This document shows positions 59,573-64,000 of a DNA stretch of 64,000 nt, piece after piece; the stretch's first letter is position 1, and each line of letters begins with the position of its first letter. A program made the position numbers and the translations under genes. The notes under the pieces were generated by a model, which worked only from the letters and a program-made list of their open reading frames with translations, ran no database searches and was not told the DNA's origin. The DNA comes from an uncultured Planctomycetaceae bacterium. GTDB taxonomy: Bacteria; Planctomycetota; Phycisphaerae; SM23-33. The stretch spans positions 326 to 64,325 of the forward strand of contig CAYRZU010000008.1 of the NCBI GenBank assembly GCA_964428895.1. The letters run 5' to 3'.

Positions 59573-61225
59573 ATGTACAAGCTGCTGCTGGTCCTGCGTT
59601 ACTTGCGTCGCCGTCGGCTGGCGTACTTCGCCGCGGCCGGGGTGGCGCTGTGCGTGTTCATGATGCTGGTGGCCACCAGTGTGATGAACGGCTTTCTGCA
59701 CAAAGTCGAGCACGCGGCCAAGGGTCTGCACGGGGATATCGTGGTCCAGCCGCTGGGGGTGCACGGCATCGCGTTCTACGACGAACTCAGCGAACTGCTG
59801 AACGAGGCTGAGGAGGTCGAGCACGCCGCCCCCTTCATCCTCAGCTACGGCATGGTTCGCGTGCCGGGGCAAGACCACTATCGCCAGACCGTTCAAATCG
59901 CGGGCATCCGCCTGCCGGAGCGGGCCAAGGTCTCCAACTTTGAAAAGGGCCTGTTCGTGCAGGCCGATTGGCCCGAACCGACCTTCGACCCGCCGGCCGA
60001 GGCCATGCTGGCGGCGCTGGCCGCTCAGGACGAATTGATCCAGGCCGTCAAGCAGCGCGAGTTCGGCGACGTGGATTTCCGCGACTTGCCGCCCGAGAAG
60101 CAGCACCTCTGGAACCGCATCGGCGGGGCCGAGGACTATCGGGACCTGGCCGAAGACAGCATCGTCCGCGCCGATGAGCACCGCCAGCGCCTGGCCGAGC
60201 TGCAGAAGCGCCTGGAAGCCCAGCGCGCCGCCGGCGAGGACACGCGCTTCGTCGAGAACCGCATCAACGAGCTGGAAAGCTACATGCTCGAGCCCATGCC
60301 CAACCACGTGATCCTGGGTCTGGGCGTGGAGGGCCTCAGCTTCCGGACCGACCAGGGAGAGACCATCCGCGTGATGAGCCCGGGCACCAAGGTGACGCTG
60401 TACGTGTTCCCGCTGGGCCAGCGCTCGCTGACGGACATCTCCCCCAACATTCAGCGATTCACGGTGGTCGACGACTGCACCACCGACGTGTACTCCTTTG
60501 ATTCCGAGACCGTCTACGTGCCCTTCGACGCGCTGCAACGGCTCAACAACATGGGCCCGGTCGAACGAACGGATGGGTCCTTCGAGCCACCTCGCTGCAG
60601 CATGCTGCACGTGAAGGTGCGTGAGAAGTTCGGCTCGCGGGATTCGCTGGAACGCGTCGCGGTCAAGCTGCGGCGCATGGTGGCCGCCTTCTACAACGAA
60701 CACCCCGAAGCCGAGTACACACCCGTGGAGGTTGTGACCTGGCAGAAGAAGCAGCACAAGCTGGTCAGCCAGATCGAATCGCAACGGACGCTGGTGATGA
60801 TCATGTTCGGCATCCTGTCGCTGGTGTCGGTGCTGTTGGTGTTCGTGATCTTCTACATGGTGGTGATCCAGAAGACCAAGGACATCGGCGTGCTCAAGGC
60901 GGTGGGGGCCTCGTCGAGCGGCGTGGCGGGTATCTTCCTGGCCTTTGGCGCCGCGGTGGGGTTGGTCGGGGCCCTGGTGGGCGCGGCCATGGGCTGTGTG
61001 TTCATCTATTACATTAATTCGATCCACGACGCGATGTACGAGTGGGTGGGCTATCGGGTCTGGTCGCGTGAGAGCTTCTGGTTCGACCGCATCCCCAACA
61101 ACATCGAACCGACCGTGGTGGTGGGGATTGTCATCGGGGCGGTGATCGCGGGTGTGCTGGGCGCGTTGGCTCCGGCGATTCGGGCCGCCCGCATGCAGCC
61201 GGTGGAGGCGCTGCGCTATGAGTAA
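59573..61225 (+). CDS. LolC/E-family lipoprotein-releasing ABC permease
   Basis: LRYLRRRR, TM1, SVMNGF, KTKDIGVLKAVGAS and PAIRAARMQPVEALRYE. Confidence 0.9.
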   Translation: MYKLLLVLRYLRRRRLAYFAAAGVALCVFMMLVATSVMNGFLHKVEHAAKGLHGDIVVQPLGVHGIAFYDELSELLNEAEEVEHAAPFILSYGMVRVPGQDHYRQTVQIAGIRLPERAKVSNFEKGLFVQADWPEPTFDPPAEAMLAALAAQDELIQAVKQREFGDVDFRDLPPEKQHLWNRIGGAEDYRDLAEDSIVRADEHRQRLAELQKRLEAQRAAGEDTRFVENRINELESYMLEPMPNHVILGLGVEGLSFRTDQGETIRVMSPGTKVTLYVFPLGQRSLTDISPNIQRFTVVDDCTTDVYSFDSETVYVPFDALQRLNNMGPVERTDGSFEPPRCSMLHVKVREKFGSRDSLERVAVKLRRMVAAFYNEHPEAEYTPVEVVTWQKKQHKLVSQIESQRTLVMIMFGILSLVSVLLVFVIFYMVVIQKTKDIGVLKAVGASSSGVAGIFLAFGAAVGLVGALVGAAMGCVFIYYINSIHDAMYEWVGYRVWSRESFWFDRIPNNIEPTVVVGIVIGAVIAGVLGALAPAIRAARMQPVEALRYE

Positions 61226-61916
61226 GTGCGCGATCGACATCTCCGGGTTGCACAAGAGCTATCGGCTGGGCGCCACGACGCTACACGTGCTGCAGGGCAC
61301 GAGCTTCCGCGTGGGGGTCGGCGAGTTCGTGGCCATCGTGGGCGCTTCCGGCAGCGGCAAGAGCACGCTGCTCCACCTGGCCGGCCTGCTGGACAAGCCC
61401 GATGAGGGCAAGGTGGTCCTGCACGACGTCGATACCGCGACGCTGTCGGCCGCCCGGCGGAACCGGATGCGGTGCGAGGACGTGGGCTTTGTGTTCCAGT
61501 TCTATCACCTCCTGCCGGAGATGAACGTGCTGGAAAACGTCTTGCTGTCGGCCCAGGTGGACTCGGCCGTCTCGGCCTGGCCCGGCCGACGGGCCGCCGC
61601 ACGACAGCGCGCCGCGGAGATCCTGGCCAAACTGGGCCTCTCGGAGCGCCTCAAGCATCGGCCTAAGGAGCTGTCCGGCGGGGAGCGCCAGCGCGTGGCC
61701 ATCGCCCGGGCTCTGATGAACGAGCCCCAACTGCTGCTGGCCGACGAGCCCACCGGCAACCTCGATTCCAAGACGGGCAAGCAGATCATGGACGTGCTGA
61801 TGCGGTTCCACCGCCAGCGCAATCAAACCATGCTGATGGTCACGCACGATGTCACACTGGCCGACCAGGCCGACCGGGTGCTCCACCTAGTCGACGGGCG
61901 GCTAACCGATAGCTAG
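61218..61916 (+). CDS. lolD: Lipoprotein-releasing ABC transporter ATPase
   Basis: GASGSGKSTLL, GFVFQFYHLLPE, LSGGERQRVAIARAL, ADEPTGNLD and VTHD. Confidence 0.9.
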   Translation: MSKCAIDISGLHKSYRLGATTLHVLQGTSFRVGVGEFVAIVGASGSGKSTLLHLAGLLDKPDEGKVVLHDVDTATLSAARRNRMRCEDVGFVFQFYHLLPEMNVLENVLLSAQVDSAVSAWPGRRAAARQRAAEILAKLGLSERLKHRPKELSGGERQRVAIARALMNEPQLLLADEPTGNLDSKTGKQIMDVLMRFHRQRNQTMLMVTHDVTLADQADRVLHLVDGRLTDS

Positions 61917-61977
61917 CCGCCCGTGGGTGTCGAGGTATCGCGGCGCGGGCCGCGGGGGATCTTTCACCGGTGACCGA

Positions 61978-62994
61978 TCAGAACTCCCATCGGACTTGAA
62001 TCGCGAAGGAGGAGTTGGCGTCGGCGTTGGCGACATTACCGAGGATGCCGTAAACGCCGGTCACGGTCAGGTTCTCACAGATGATCCAGGTGAGGGAGAC
62101 CGCGTGCCAATTGTCTTCACTGTCGATCAGTTCAGGGATTGTCTCGTAGGGGCTATCCTTGCCGCGGAATTCATAGGCAAGGGCGATCTGATCGATCGGC
62201 AGGTAGATCACGTTGCCTTCGAAGTAGGGCTTGTAGTCGTGACCGAAGCCGAAGATACCAAGCTGGGCGGCGTTGGTGAACCGCAGGCCGCCGGTGAGAA
62301 TTAGCGGTCGCCCGAAGACCAGGGTGGGGAACATCTTGGTGGCCGTGATCGTGTAGTCGATACCCCAATCCCGGTCCATGCCGGCGGCACGGAGGGCGTG
62401 GCCGAGGCTGTCGTCGATATTGCCGATGTCGGGGTTGTATTTGAAGTGCACGCCACCGGTGATGGCCGGTAGGGGCAGGTCGCAACTGTTCTCCTTGATG
62501 AAGTTGATCCGTAGGTTGAAGTGGTGCAACTGGACGTGGTCTCGGCCCATATTCAGCCCGGCCTTGGCAACGTCGTCGTAGAGCGAACCCACGTACAGGT
62601 AGTTGTAGGCGTATCCGAACTCGAACCGCTCGAAGAAGACCTGTGTGATGGCAAAGGAGTAGAGGTTCTTGCTGCCCATGTCCAGGTAGGTGAAGCTCGT
62701 CGTCGGGAAACCCATGACCGAACCGGGCTGACCGGGGTTGCAGAAGTAAGCCGTCGGCGTAATGACGCCGCCGCCGTACCCTTCAAAGCAGTGCAGGGGC
62801 AACGGGGGACCTTTAGTCGGCGGGGCCACCGGGTCGGTCTCACTCAACTTGGGGACGGTGTCATCGGCCGGCTTGGAAAACTCGGGGGCCAGGGACAGCC
62901 AGGTCTGTGAGGGTTTCTCGTCTTCGGCCGCACAAGCGCTGGCGGCGATGGCGAACACAGCGACGATCGTTACGAATAGCTTGATCCGGTTCAC
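61978..62994 (-). CDS. DUF3034-like outer-membrane beta-barrel protein
   Basis: AGGAG RBS before GTG; signal peptide; EGYGGG.ITP.AY; C-terminal aromatic strand ending VRWEF. Confidence 0.65.
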   Translation of the reverse strand: MNRIKLFVTIVAVFAIAASACAAEDEKPSQTWLSLAPEFSKPADDTVPKLSETDPVAPPTKGPPLPLHCFEGYGGGVITPTAYFCNPGQPGSVMGFPTTSFTYLDMGSKNLYSFAITQVFFERFEFGYAYNYLYVGSLYDDVAKAGLNMGRDHVQLHHFNLRINFIKENSCDLPLPAITGGVHFKYNPDIGNIDDSLGHALRAAGMDRDWGIDYTITATKMFPTLVFGRPLILTGGLRFTNAAQLGIFGFGHDYKPYFEGNVIYLPIDQIALAYEFRGKDSPYETIPELIDSEDNWHAVSLTWIICENLTVTGVYGILGNVANADANSSFAIQVRWEF

Positions 62995-63419
62995 GCCTTT
63001 CTCCTGAATAGTCGGTCCGTCAAACAACGCAGCAGTTCACTCAACCTTAGCGAACAGATACAGATTCCGACGGGCATAGACACTCTCCCGTCGGACTGCA
63101 GCAAACGGCTGTGGTTTCCTATTGGGCCCCTAATCTCACAACTTGCCCAAGAGTTACATCAGGTTCCACTTATAGTTCGCAGATAAGTACGTGATTAGCC
63201 TTAGCCGCGTCAAGCGAAGAAAAAATAAGTTCCTTCTGAGATTTCCGGTTGTCCGGCCATCGGATGGAAGGTCCGTCCGTCAGGCGGTTGCCGTCGGTGG
63301 TGTCTTCCATGTGTACGGGTTGATCAGATGCTCTGGCATTCCCACTAGCAACCTGCTTAGATGGTCCACCTTGAAGCTGACGACGGCCCGTTAATGACGG
63401 GTCCCAAGGAGCGTTGCGA

Positions 63420-64000
63420 ATGGCGAAATCGACCCCCAGGTTCAACTTCTCCACACACGACGTGCACCGCCACCTCATGGCGACGCGGCCACCGAGCATG
63501 AGCTTTCGCGGCCGGACCAAGAAGGACGTGGCCGCCTGGCAGCGTAAGTTGCGGGCCGACGTGAAGAAGCGGCTCGGCTGGCATAACTTCGCCCACGGCA
63601 AGCAGCGGTGCCCGCTGAAGATTCGGTCCCTGTGGCAGCGGCAGACCAAGCTCGGCAGCATCGAGAAGATCGTCTTCACCTCCGAGCCGAAGTCCGACGT
63701 GCCGGCCTACATCTGCCTGCCGAAAAACGCCGAGCCGCCGTACGATTGGTTTATCTGCGTGCAGGGACATTCCACCGGAATGCACAACTCCGTCGCCGTG
63801 GACTTCAAGACCAACACACGCAAGATCAAGGTCGAGGGAGAACAGGACTTCGCTATCGGCTGCATGGAACGCGGCATCGCGGCGCTTTGCATCGAGCAAC
63901 GGGCGTTCGGTGAGCGATGGCTGACCTACCCCACGTACCCTCAACTGACCGGCTCGTGTTCCGGGGCGGCTACGCATGCGTTGCAGCTCGGGCGGACGCT
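63420..64000 (+). CDS. Alpha/beta hydrolase (acetyl xylan esterase/dienelactone hydrolase-like), partial
   Basis: AAGGAG RBS; MAKSTPRFNFS...VPAYICLP...VQGH...IEQRAFGER...LGRT; runs off the window. Confidence 0.75.
   Translation, partial: MAKSTPRFNFSTHDVHRHLMATRPPSMSFRGRTKKDVAAWQRKLRADVKKRLGWHNFAHGKQRCPLKIRSLWQRQTKLGSIEKIVFTSEPKSDVPAYICLPKNAEPPYDWFICVQGHSTGMHNSVAVDFKTNTRKIKVEGEQDFAIGCMERGIAALCIEQRAFGERWLTYPTYPQLTGSCSGAATHALQLGRT

Noticed and set aside
63230-63360. Cobalamin riboswitch on the minus strand (GGGAA-containing)
   Set aside because: Lacks the GCCACTG and B12-box elements in the expected order.

Overview
High-GC bacterial DNA, most likely from an anaerobic Planctomycetota (Phycisphaerae-like) genome. 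This rests on the LEPR-xLL export motifs, a PEP-CTERM protein and several URO-D-family and glycoside hydrolase genes. From left to right: a tandem array of at least four paralogous SBBP beta-propeller exoproteins; a GAF histidine kinase; a nitrosative/oxidative-stress cluster (frdX-like, ferredoxin, desulforedoxin-like mini-proteins, hcp, rnfB-like, rubrerythrin-like); a DtxR-feoAAB-porin iron-uptake operon; lpxA; carbohydrate genes; a TPP riboswitch-GNAT-thiC unit; a frameshifted large surface protein; lpxL-like, proS and yhaM-like genes; a REP/RAYT locus with an Imm40-like gene; tldD/pmbA; lysS; and lolCE/lolD. The best candidate for an undescribed system is a two-gene module (18153-21585) between the hcp cluster and its Crp/Fnr regulator. 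It encodes a Sll1717/FunZ-like P-loop ATPase with a degenerate Walker B, plus a Cys-rich PocR-GAF sensor with no output domain. Other notable signals are a dispersed family of 9-10-nt-periodic inverted-repeat elements, a TPP riboswitch with an extended P5, a candidate DtxR operator, and a 215-bp identical tract shared by two array paralogs. All calls come from reading motifs by eye; no searches were run.
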